Shown here in pieces: positions 55,752-64,000 of a DNA stretch of 64,000 bases (positions are counted from its first letter, which is position 1; the number at the start of each line of letters is the position of its first letter). This DNA is from Giardia intestinalis (lineage: Eukaryota), in assembly GCA_000002435.2 (NCBI GenBank), contig CM018792.1. One strand, written 5' to 3'. The notes below the pieces were generated by a model. It was given only the letters and a program-made list of their open reading frames with translations. It had not been told where the DNA came from and did no database searches. Made by a program: the position numbers and the translations under genes.

Positions 55752-58700
55752 ATGTATCGCGCGGGTGAGCACACGCTGATGAAGCTGAATCACGTTATAA
55801 TTCGCTCGATCTCCACGGCGGGAGGGAACTATTGGCCGCACATAGATACAGAGGCCTCCAGGGACATCGTCCCCATCGCCCCCCACTGCCTCATCTCCGT
55901 GCGTACAGTCCTCCAGGGAACCCTTTTAGTGACTAATATGCGTGTTTTCTTATTAACACAAGAGCGCCAGCTGAACTTTGGATTCCCTATTCATCACATA
56001 GCAAAGCTGGAAATGTCTGGCGGTGAAAGCAATGTTGCCCTGACCACGTTCTCTATCCGGTTGGTGACCCCCCACTTGATCATTCTTTCCGCACATTCTA
56101 GTGCAGTCCAATGTGTTGTGGAGCTTCTCAAGCGCATCAATGTCACACCCACTCTGTCTCGCTACTCATCGACCATCACCCAGGCTGTTTCTCGGTTTAC
56201 AGAAGCCACTCCGCACATAGCTGCATCATATGATGGGCTCTACTATCAGGTGCCTATCCCGCACACCATTTACTTCAGCAAGGATCCTGTGCAATCGTTT
56301 ATCTACTCAGCACCACACGAGAAGCTTATGCAGGCGTTTCGCAAGAACCCAGCACTAGAAGCTTTCCTTGGCGAGGCAGACAGCATGATGTTGGATAATG
56401 TGACCCACTTTCCCAGCCTGGGCCACTCTATCTTTGATCCTATTCGAGAGTTCCGCAGAATGGGGGTTCAGATGACCCACCCTACCCCTGCTCAACTTAG
56501 TAAGATGATCTTTGGGGCCAGCATCCATCCGGATCTACTATCGTACTTACTGAAGTTCAAGCCTGTTAGGTCTATGGACTACTTCAACGACGCTGGAATC
56601 CTAATGGGGTCTTGCCGCGGGTCAGTGTGCTGCACGAGATTTAATTCTGGTGTATCTGACTTCTACGAGAAGATGCGTATGACAGCCTTCTATGACCCGT
56701 TCCTACTTTTCGATACACCAGAACAGTTTTATTGCTTGTTGAACTACCATCCACAAGCAACTCAGAGTAATTTCGGTGCTGTCACCTACAGGTCCGGTCA
56801 GGCAGGAGATGATATCATGAACGAAGAAGATGCTGAAGACGATGGGTCTGGAGCTCCACGTCCCCAGCCATCGTCGTTTCTATCAAAGCTTAAGAGCGGT
56901 TTTTCACCAGCCTCCAATACTGGGAGCGCGACTACATCGGCCGTCCCAACTTACAACTTCACGTTGCAAGATAGACAGACAGGAACATATCTGTATGCCC
57001 ATGGATGCTTCTTTGAGCCTACGTTCTTCCGTTGTGAACCTCATATGCGCCACTACATCAAGGCTCTCCTTGCTGTTGTAATACCTCCATATATAGACAG
57101 CACACATGAGCCTCCCATGCGCCCCCAGGAACTAGCACGAGATGGTTGGAACATTTCGTGGACCAATTGTGTTTACGAGAACTCGCCAACATATCCTGCG
57201 GTGTTAGCTGTTCCTGACACGGTCAACGACAGCATTGTCTTGGGGTCCATGAAGTTCAGGTCTAAAGGCCGCTTCTGTGCTCTTTCATGGCGGTCTCCCG
57301 TGACTGGGGCCGCTCTCTGTCGTTGCTCACAGCCTGGCGGTGGGTTTGGCCTGTCTAGAAGCTCAGATGACGAGGCTCTTTTGCGCGCCGTTTGCAACGC
57401 TCCGCCGTCCACCGACACACGGAACCTCCTTTTTGTTTTTGATGCTAGGCCCCATCTGGCTGCATTTGCCAACAGGCTCACTGGCAAGGGCTTCGAATCC
57501 ACGCGCGCATATCCATTCTCTAGAACTATCTATTTGAACATACAGAACATCCACGTGGTTCGTGACAGCTATGAGGCCATGCGCAAGGCTGCACTAGAGT
57601 TTATCCTCACCAGAGAGGCAAACTTCAGGGGCATTCTAGACACATCGGAGGATAAAGTGCAAGGCAATTATGATTATAACATTCAGAATGCGAGAAATCT
57701 ACTCGAAAGTGTGGCCTCCACGAAGTCTGTCATATTCAAGACAGGAAAGGAGTCTAACTGGTATAGCCACATCCAGACCATCATGGCGGGTGCATGCATG
57801 ATCTGTGAGTGCCTCACGAAGCTTCGTTGTCATGCGATGATACACTGCTCCGATGGCTGGGATCGAACGTCTCAACTGAGCTCCCTTGCGATGCTACTTC
57901 TGGATCCTTATTACAGGACCCTTCGAGGGTTTTGCATCCTCATCGAGAAAGAGTGGCGTTCTTTTGGGCACATGTTTGCCACCCGTTGTAAGCAGGAAGG
58001 CAGTACAAAGGCCAGCACTAGGAAGGAGGACAAAAAGGCCAAACCCTTTAATGTACTCGCAGCAGCATACAGTCAGATGCTAGGGCACCACAATGCTTAC
58101 CAGCAGGGGCCGGATGCACCTCTCCAGGGAACTGTGTATGCACCAATTGTGATCAACCCTAGTTACGCTGGTCCTATCGGCCCGGCCCCAGGACCTGCAA
58201 TGAGTCCTACAATAGGCTCTGCGATGTTCTCGGGCCCAGTGCCCTTTAGCTCGAGTGCGCCCCTCCCCGGCGCAGCTATAAGCGGAAGCCAGGGACCACA
58301 GGGTGCAAGCTATACTAATCAAGGCATCAATCTAGGCCAGCCATCGATACCATCTCAGGGACTCTTGAGGACGCATCTGGCTGATGCCTTTGATAGCGTG
58401 GACACATCTCCAATCCCAGAGGTGCCTCTATCTAACTTAGACTTTTCTAGCTCTCAATCGTCTCCCATCTTTTTACAGTGGTTGGAGTGCGTGTATCAAG
58501 TTATGCACCAGCGCGCTGACGAGTTTGAATTCAACGATAAAGTGTTACTATACATAGCACACCACGCATACTCCGGCTGGCATGGAACATTTATTTTTGA
58601 CAACGAACGGGATAGAACCCAGCACCTCCTATCAACCATAACGACCTCTGTATGGGATGAATTTATCACCAATTCAGCTTATTATCTTAACCCGCACTAT

Positions 58701-58829
58701 AAGATACCGGCTCCTTTGAATGTCATGAAGACACGAACGGGGCTGGAATATATGCACATTTCATGTAGTATGCGAAAGATGACTCCGTGGAGCGCCTACT
58801 GGTCACAAGTAGCGGCATTCCACGAATAG
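55752..58829 (+). CDS. Myotubularin-family phosphoinositide 3-phosphatase (active; N-terminal GRAM/PH-like region and C-terminal Pro/Gly-rich extension)
   Basis: The ORF-track start at 55740 is TTG. The first ATG lies 4 codons in (MYRAGEH). The catalytic loop [45 protein letters not shown] is near-identical in pattern to MTM1 [46 protein letters not shown], with intact CX5R. Confidence 0.85.
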   Translation: [1025 protein letters not shown]

Positions 58830-58842
58830 AAAAGCAAGAGCT

Positions 58843-59250
58843 CTACTTCACCGCAAATGAGTGCGGTACGGGAGGAATAACTGCTACACGAGGCTTTACT
58901 GTTGCCAAGTGCTTGTAGACAACTTCAAAAGCGGTAAAATTGAGGGGTACAGCCACGTCGCGATCATACAATGTTACTCCCGTCGCAGTTGTATTTGCAT
59001 AGTCTTGCATCATCTTGTAAACATCTACATAGCTTAACGCATCCGGCAATTTTATGGCTTCAAGGATTTGCACTAGTTCTTCGCGCTTGTGCACCTCAAG
59101 AGTAGCACTTGATGCATTAGGCCCGGTGCTGGAGCATGGAGTGCCACCGAGCACCGCTTCTACGGTGGCAGAGATAGCCCCTATAAAGGCCTGCTCCTCT
59201 AAGCCGCTTGTATGCCTAGAGGACTGCATGTAAGAGTTGGAAGTTTGCAT
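58843..59250 (-). CDS. Hypothetical small protein (135 aa from ATG at 59250; alternative ATG at 59229)
   Basis: The ORF-track start at 59301 is GTG. There are in-frame ATGs at 59250 and 59229. It is divergent from the WD gene at 59258. The sequence is non-repetitive. No family is recognised. Confidence 0.45.
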   Translation of the reverse strand: MQTSNSYMQSSRHTSGLEEQAFIGAISATVEAVLGGTPCSSTGPNASSATLEVHKREELVQILEAIKLPDALSYVDVYKMMQDYANTTATGVTLYDRDVAVPLNFTAFEVVYKHLATVKPRVAVIPPVPHSFAVK

Positions 59251-59257
59251 TTTTTTG
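59251..59257. promoter_or_regulatory. 7-nt T-rich spacer between divergent ATGs (CAT ttttttg ATG)
   Basis: Read directly. If the minus gene instead starts at 59229, the spacer is 28 nt. Confidence 0.4.
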
Positions 59258-60238
59258 ATGATTGCTGCTGGTGTCCGGCTGGCGCTCAAACACACGATCA
59301 CGTGTCACAGAGCTCCAGTGACGAGCATGATCTACGACGAGAGTGGCTCAGTGCTCTTCTCTGGCTCTGCTGATGGAACCGTCTCGGTGCACGCAGTGGA
59401 TGCAAATCCTAATCAGGAGCCGAAGTTCCTGCACCGCCTCCACCGAAACCAGGCAAAGGGTATCAATGCCCTGGCATGGTCGGCTAATAGAGTTTTGGCA
59501 GCTGGCGACGATTGCGCTGTTCTATGGGACATAAACGTCCAAAAGCCGATGCTCACGCTTACTGACCATACGCTTCCTGTCACCGACTGTGACATCTACG
59601 AAAACTTTGCGCTAACATCATCTGCTGACCAGACCATCAGCCTTGTGGACATGCGCCAAGGGAAGCCCATTTCGACCATGCGAGCCCACACCGGCGCTGT
59701 TCTTTCGTGTCGTTTACTCACAAAACTGGAGATCTTAGGTCAGGGAGGCGTTGCGGCCCTTAGCGGTGGTGTAGATGGAATGCTCAAACTTTGGAACGCT
59801 GTTCAGGGTAATACACTAGTAACAATCAAGCCGGCCAAACCAATCTCTAGCATAAAAGTTTCGCCCAACGAAAAATATGCTTTGTGCATGCACGTAGGAG
59901 CGGGCGTCGTGCTCCATACTCTTCCCACTGACACACAAGGTCTCGAGCTGCGCAAGGTGAAAGAGTACTCTGTTCATGACAGTACGGACTATCTCTTGCC
60001 AGCAAACTACATGTGGCTGAAGGACAACAAAACACAGATGGTCGTTTGCGGAAGCAGCAAAAATCAAATTGTGATCTATGATATTAAGAGATCGGATCGG
60101 ATGCTAATAGAGCCGATTCCTTTATCGAGCCCGCCCCTTGCAATTGCCTCCTCGTCCAACAGCCAGCTTCTTGGGGTCGGGTGCATGGACGCTAGGATCC
60201 AGCTATTTGATATAATCACGGAATGGCCCAGTGCTTAG
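59258..60238 (+). CDS. WD40-repeat protein (326 aa, ~7 blades)
   Basis: The ORF-track start at 59237 is TTG. ATG MIAAGVRLALKHTITCHRAPVTSMIYDESGSVLFSGSADGTVSVHAV begins a canonical first WD blade. Further blades: LAAGDDCAVLWDI, LTSSADQTISLVDM, LSGGVDGMLKLWN. It is preceded by a T-rich initiator (gcatttttttgATG). Confidence 0.7.
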   Translation: MIAAGVRLALKHTITCHRAPVTSMIYDESGSVLFSGSADGTVSVHAVDANPNQEPKFLHRLHRNQAKGINALAWSANRVLAAGDDCAVLWDINVQKPMLTLTDHTLPVTDCDIYENFALTSSADQTISLVDMRQGKPISTMRAHTGAVLSCRLLTKLEILGQGGVAALSGGVDGMLKLWNAVQGNTLVTIKPAKPISSIKVSPNEKYALCMHVGAGVVLHTLPTDTQGLELRKVKEYSVHDSTDYLLPANYMWLKDNKTQMVVCGSSKNQIVIYDIKRSDRMLIEPIPLSSPPLAIASSSNSQLLGVGCMDARIQLFDIITEWPSA

Positions 60239-60445
60239 CTTGGCATTGTGGTTCCTTTATGTGAGGGGTGCACTCTTGGAGCTATTTGGACGCCTTGAGA
60301 TACCCGGCTTTCAAGTAGAGTGGGACAGTAAATGACCCAGAGAGTAAAACACCCCGCTCTGGGCAAAGTCTAGGGTAGGATGGTCGACTAGGGTTCCACT
60401 TAGTGATAGCATTCCTGCGCTGCACAGGGGCGCGTCTAACTAAAT

Positions 60446-60766
60446 TTACTCATCGTTATCGTCGTTGTCATCTTCGTCTTGGGATGTCTTGGCAGCAAAA
60501 CGGCTTCCCCCCGCGGCAGGTGGGTTCGGCTTTCCTGCAGTCTCCTTTGTTATGTCCTTGTTGAAGTAAGCACTAGGCTGGGTCTCTCCTCTACCTTGCT
60601 TCAAGATGAACTCTGCAGAGTCATAGAACCTTCCCTTGGACTGGGCAATCCTGCGCAGCGCAGCCGCTCTATTGAAGGGCACCCCGGCCTTCTTGGCCTC
60701 TGCCTCCTTCTTGTCCATCTCGCGCTGCAGCTCGTCAAGGTCCTCCTGACTCGGTCTATCAGTCAT
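60446..60766 (-). CDS. Endosulfine/ARPP-19-like small protein (106 aa)
   Basis: KGRFYDSAEF resembles the ENSA/ARPP19 core KYFDSGDY (the Greatwall site). The N-terminus is a charged helix. The acidic tail is DEDDNDDNDE. The ATG is preceded by ctagtaaaaaacgATG. Confidence 0.5.
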   Translation of the reverse strand: MTDRPSQEDLDELQREMDKKEAEAKKAGVPFNRAAALRRIAQSKGRFYDSAEFILKQGRGETQPSAYFNKDITKETAGKPNPPAAGGSRFAAKTSQDEDDNDDNDE

Positions 60767-60850
60767 CGTTTTTTACTAGAGAAATTACAGGCTAAAGAGA
60801 GCAGAAAAGGCCGAGGGTACATGCTGTGTCCATTTACTCAACAGAGAGGC

Positions 60851-61180
60851 TCACTTCTTCTGGGAGGAGTTGCGAGGAAAGCGCTTTGGTGGGGTGCGTA
60901 TCTTGCGGTCCTCGCGGGAGCGGACTCGAACGATATGATTGTGGATGGAGCACGACACACAGTACTGGACCTTGTTGTAGAGCTTGGGGATGGCGAACCC
61001 CTGAATCACGCACGCGTTGAGGACATCGTCTGCAATAGTATTGTCCACTATATTGCGAATGGTGAATCTCTTAATTACTTTGTCCTTGGGAACGCAGCGG
61101 TGGCAGTTCTGACAGCGAACGATGTTCGTGTGTCCGCAGTTATATTTTGAGCGTCCGTTGTTGCGTCTTTTAACAGGCAT
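60851..61180 (-). CDS. RPS26: 40S ribosomal protein S26e
   Basis: The ORF-track start at 61207 is TTG. The ATG at 61180 gives [45 protein letters not shown]...[34 protein letters not shown]. Human RPS26 is [45 protein letters not shown]...[34 protein letters not shown]. Confidence 0.9.
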   Translation of the reverse strand: MPVKRRNNGRSKYNCGHTNIVRCQNCHRCVPKDKVIKRFTIRNIVDNTIADDVLNACVIQGFAIPKLYNKVQYCVSCSIHNHIVRVRSREDRKIRTPPKRFPRNSSQKK

Positions 61181-61450
61181 GTCGCGAGTCCAAAAAAGAA
61201 AATGCAAGAAGTGGAATTAAAATTATTACGGGCGTTGTTTTTGCTTGCAGAGTGACGCCGAGACAACGCGGAGAAAACGTAGCATCAGAGAAAGGTGGTC
61301 GCTGATGATCTTCCAGTCACGGTCCAGTCATGGTACTGACCACAGATAAAGTGCTGCGCTGCACTTGTTACGACACTAAACTGTGTGGCTCAGGCGGTTC
61401 AAAATCAAACGGTTCAAAATATAATTATCCTCTTTACTACCCGTTGCTAC

Positions 61451-62272
61451 ATGCAGCAAGCTCAACAGAAGCCATTCATCCCAACCATCCCTGCTTATCA
61501 GGCGCTGAAGCTGGATGAAGATCTTATAAACAAGTGCAATTATTCTATAGAGCAGCTGATGGAGATTGCTGGCACAGCCGTTGCTCAGGCGACTACTCAT
61601 TATATAGAGTCAACCTCATCGGTGTCTAAGGCTGGGGTGCTGGTCGTCTGTGGCCCAGGGAACAACGGAGGAGACGGCCTGGTGGCTGCTAGGCATCTCT
61701 CCTCTGGGTCCATGAGCAGTGCCACCGTCCGCGTATGGCTGCCTAAAGAACCAAGTTCCTCCGTGAACAAGCGGATGCTGTCTATTGCCAAGCATGCAGG
61801 AGTTGTTTTCATTAAAGACACCAATGAGGAGGCGTTGCACGCAATCTTGGAATTTATCAACTCGTGTGAAAGTTTTTACTTAGTAGATGCCATATTCGGC
61901 TTTTCTTTCCACGGAGGACCCATCAAGCCCCCGTACGACACAGTGATAAACACACTTCTGCAGATGCAGACGTCAATGGCCATCGGCCCCAAGACAAGGA
62001 TCGTCTCTGTTGATGTTCCATCTGGCTGGTCCGTGGATGCACAGGAATGGGGGCTGAATACTGACAAGGAACTAATACCAGACGGCCTGCTTCGTCCTGA
62101 CGCACTTATATCCCTTACGGTGCCAAAGAACTGTTCGCTGTGGCTACCTCCCGGTACAGCCCACTACCTGGGAGGCAACTTCCTGACTCCATTGCTTGCC
62201 ATGGAGTATGACGTGCAAGAGATCCAACACTATTGGAGCGGGGTGTCGTCTCTCTTTGTAGTCCTGTCCTGA
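61451..62272 (+). CDS. NAXE: NAD(P)H-hydrate epimerase (YjeF N-terminal domain; NAXE/AIBP family)
   Basis: The ORF-track start at 61385 is GTG. The ATG at 61451 (MQQAQQKPF) follows caaaatataattatcc. YjeF_N motifs are present: LMEIAGTAVAQA, VLVVCGPGNNGGDGLVAARHL, VDAIFGFSFHGGPIKPPYDTVINTL, VSVDVPSGW. Confidence 0.8.
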   Translation: MQQAQQKPFIPTIPAYQALKLDEDLINKCNYSIEQLMEIAGTAVAQATTHYIESTSSVSKAGVLVVCGPGNNGGDGLVAARHLSSGSMSSATVRVWLPKEPSSSVNKRMLSIAKHAGVVFIKDTNEEALHAILEFINSCESFYLVDAIFGFSFHGGPIKPPYDTVINTLLQMQTSMAIGPKTRIVSVDVPSGWSVDAQEWGLNTDKELIPDGLLRPDALISLTVPKNCSLWLPPGTAHYLGGNFLTPLLAMEYDVQEIQHYWSGVSSLFVVLS

Positions 62273-63168
62273 TCGTTATTGGTTTCATCGTCTTTGTGCT
62301 CATACATTTGTACTGCGTGGACATCCGGCCTGGTGACGACAACGATAGAGAGGAATGCAACGGCTATCAGGACCGCTGTTAGAGTATCAGATAGGAAGTG
62401 GGCTCCTGCTGACATGCGTGCTATGATCATCAGAATAATTCCTGAGATCCCCCACACGGCAACAACCGTCAACAAGAGCCCCATGACTATAGATAAGATG
62501 GTGAGTCCCAGCAGTCTTGGCGCCCAGTATGCTCTTATGAGTTCAAACAGTTGAATAATGTAGGCAACGGAGGGGAGGATGCAATATGCAGCGGCAGCTG
62601 TGTGCCCGGAAGGTGTAGAGCTCAGGGAGTGACTGCACTGGCTCCTTCCCAGATAAGGTGTAAATATAGCTTTGAATTCATACTTGCACGTCTCCAGGAG
62701 GATGCCAAACTCGTGAGTGTTGCGTGGCCGAGGCCTGCGAAGCAGTACTTTTAGGGCTATAACGACGGTTTGAACCGTTATGACATAGAAGCAGAAAGAT
62801 AGAGGAAAGTAGAGGTAGACACTTTTGTCCCGGGACCGCACAATGAAAAAGAGAATCCCGTAACAAAGCAATATGACGCTCAGAGGAAACAAAATGTATA
62901 TTAGAGGATACGTGTTGATGAATGATATTAATCCAACATTGTAAGGATTGGAGACGTAGATGCCTTCACTATTTATTGCTGATGAGAATGCAGATGCCAA
63001 CACCTGGTCCAAATTTGCCACACTCTCTCTAAACACATAAATAAAGATCAGCGTACTGAAGGACGCAACGCTTAAGACTATAGATCCCAGACCCGCGGTA
63101 GGTGAAGTCATACCGATCGGAACGTAATGAAGATACTGAATGCACGCCCTCACTACTAGTCTTTGCAT
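62230..63168 (-). CDS. PAP2-superfamily lipid phosphate phosphatase (LPP / dolichyl-PP phosphatase type), polytopic membrane protein
   Basis: Three PAP2 signature motifs are present. KVLLRRPRP (KxxxxxxRP), STPSGHT (PSGH) and ARMSAGAHFLSD (SRxxxxxHxxxD). It has ~6 TM helices. The 3' end overlaps the convergent NAXE gene by ~43 nt. Confidence 0.8.
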   Translation of the reverse strand: MQRLVVRACIQYLHYVPIGMTSPTAGLGSIVLSVASFSTLIFIYVFRESVANLDQVLASAFSSAINSEGIYVSNPYNVGLISFINTYPLIYILFPLSVILLCYGILFFIVRSRDKSVYLYFPLSFCFYVITVQTVVIALKVLLRRPRPRNTHEFGILLETCKYEFKAIFTPYLGRSQCSHSLSSTPSGHTAAAAYCILPSVAYIIQLFELIRAYWAPRLLGLTILSIVMGLLLTVVAVWGISGIILMIIARMSAGAHFLSDTLTAVLIAVAFLSIVVVTRPDVHAVQMYEHKDDETNNDQDRTTKRDDTPLQ

Positions 63169-63215
63169 GTATAGTAGTGTAGGACAAGATTTAAATTTGA
63201 TAACATCACCTAGAG

Positions 63216-63764
63216 ATGCAGGAGATGGAGAAGTGCATATATGTAGCTATCTGGGGGTTTACTGAGGCCAAAGAGAGCTTTATTAGCCATTTTGATAAAA
63301 CCGCAGCACCCCTCATACTAAGGGATGACCTCGACTTTGTCTATCTGCCCCTTGAAAATAAGGACTACTCGATGATGCTCTTCAATCTGCCGATGCGTGC
63401 TACGATCAAGGACACAGCTATTCAATACGTTATACATATCGCCCATGCACACCTGCTCATCGAGCCCAGCCTGGAAATAGCCAAAGTTATACAAGCCTGC
63501 ATGCCCCACTGCGACGGTTCTGGGCTTATTTACACATGGCATCGGCTGGACGCCGAGGCCTTGGGGCTTGAGCTGGTTACGGAGCCCAAGACGACCGAGG
63601 AGGCCGTCCAGCTCATGCACCTGATAGCCTCTAGAACCATAGAAAAGAATTTATTGCTTCCTCCAATCATAGAAGCGAAGCTTCCGGAGCCAATCAACAG
63701 AGACGTAGTCCCCGTGGATGAAATTCTAAAGGATAAAGACACGAAGCAACAGTGCAAGAAATGA
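63216..63764 (+). CDS. Hypothetical protein (182 aa); faint resemblance to a degenerate small-GTPase-like fold (no intact P-loop)
   Basis: The ATG is preceded by caagatttaaatttgataacatcacctagagATG. It is divergent from the PAP2 gene across a 47-nt spacer. AGTAAAT lies ~40 nt after the stop. Confidence 0.5.
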   Translation: MQEMEKCIYVAIWGFTEAKESFISHFDKTAAPLILRDDLDFVYLPLENKDYSMMLFNLPMRATIKDTAIQYVIHIAHAHLLIEPSLEIAKVIQACMPHCDGSGLIYTWHRLDAEALGLELVTEPKTTEEAVQLMHLIASRTIEKNLLLPPIIEAKLPEPINRDVVPVDEILKDKDTKQQCKK

Positions 63765-63820
63765 CCAACACTCGGCTCTGTAGGCACATCTGATATTACG
63801 TAGTACAGTAAATATGTCTG

Positions 63821-64000
63821 TTACTTCTTCGGATCCTTCTTGCCAGAGGGGGTTGTAGTGGTGGTGGTAAGCTCTGCGATCATCCGAGCCCTGGCCTTCT
63901 CAAGCTGAGTATTTGTAGCTGTCTCAATGACTCTAGCCAGGCGTTCTACGTCTACTTCTTCTTTCTGCGTTTCGCTCTCATCGTCATTAGCGCCGTCTTT
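63821..64000 (-). CDS. C-terminal 59 codons of a gene whose start lies beyond the right edge (ends ...ERLARVIETATNTQLEKARARMIAELTTTTTTPSGKKDPKK)
   Basis: The minus strand stays open from position 64000 to a TAA (rc of tta at ~63821-63823). It is not in the ORF track because it has no in-window start. Confidence 0.35.
   Translation of the reverse strand, partial: KDGANDDESETQKEEVDVERLARVIETATNTQLEKARARMIAELTTTTTTPSGKKDPKK

Noticed and set aside
55082-55774. 230-aa minus ORF
   Set aside because: It is antisense to the Pho80-type cyclin. The cyclin box is recognisable on the plus strand. The minus translation has no features.
60360-60440. tRNA in the long convergent spacer
   Set aside because: I could not build a cloverleaf. 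No GTTCRA T-loop or anticodon stem is evident on either strand.

Overview
This 64-kb window is eukaryotic nuclear DNA from the diplomonad Giardia intestinalis (lamblia), not a prokaryote. The anchor is the ORF at 20631-21449, whose translation is beta-giardin, the SF-assemblin-like striated-fibre protein used as the bg genotyping locus. Two ankyrin-repeat plus coiled-coil genes of the Giardia-specific Protein 21.1 family support the identification. About 44 intron-less protein-coding genes sit on both strands. Spacers are usually under 60 nt. Several gene pairs overlap at their 3' ends, one pair shares an ATGA start/stop, and one same-strand pair overlaps by 53 nt. Short A/T-rich initiator stretches lie directly before ATGs. 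AGTRAAY polyadenylation signals sit on or just after stop codons. Products recognised by eye: Sec31 (COPII), LST8 (TOR complex), a Pirh2/RCHY1-type CHY-RING E3 ligase, a myotubularin PI3P phosphatase with intact CX5R, a Pho80-type cyclin, CDC123, ribosomal protein S26, an endosulfine/ARPP19-like protein, NAD(P)HX epimerase (YjeF_N), a PAP2 lipid phosphatase, a MATE transporter, a glycolipid-transfer protein, a V-ATPase subunit F-like protein, an RNase PH-like exosome subunit divergently paired with a UTP17/WDR75-like WD protein, an Sfi1-like centrin-binding repeat protein, a prominin-like 5-TM protein, two Myb/SANT genes in tandem, an LRR+LRRcap protein, and a 274-aa Mre11-type phosphoesterase that ends right after the nuclease core. 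Many 'M' positions in the ORF track are GTG/TTG codons. In those cases I moved the start to the first in-frame ATG. Coordinates derived by hand-indexing may be off by 1 nt. No rRNA, tRNA, CRISPR array or transposon was recognisable by eye. The most striking non-genic signals are three. First, an ~8.3-kb G+C-rich compositional island (5523-13842) with edges as sharp as gene boundaries. Second, divergent gene pairs whose ATGs are only 7-11 nt apart. Third, a perfect palindromic double poly(A) signal shared by beta-giardin and a convergent RING gene.
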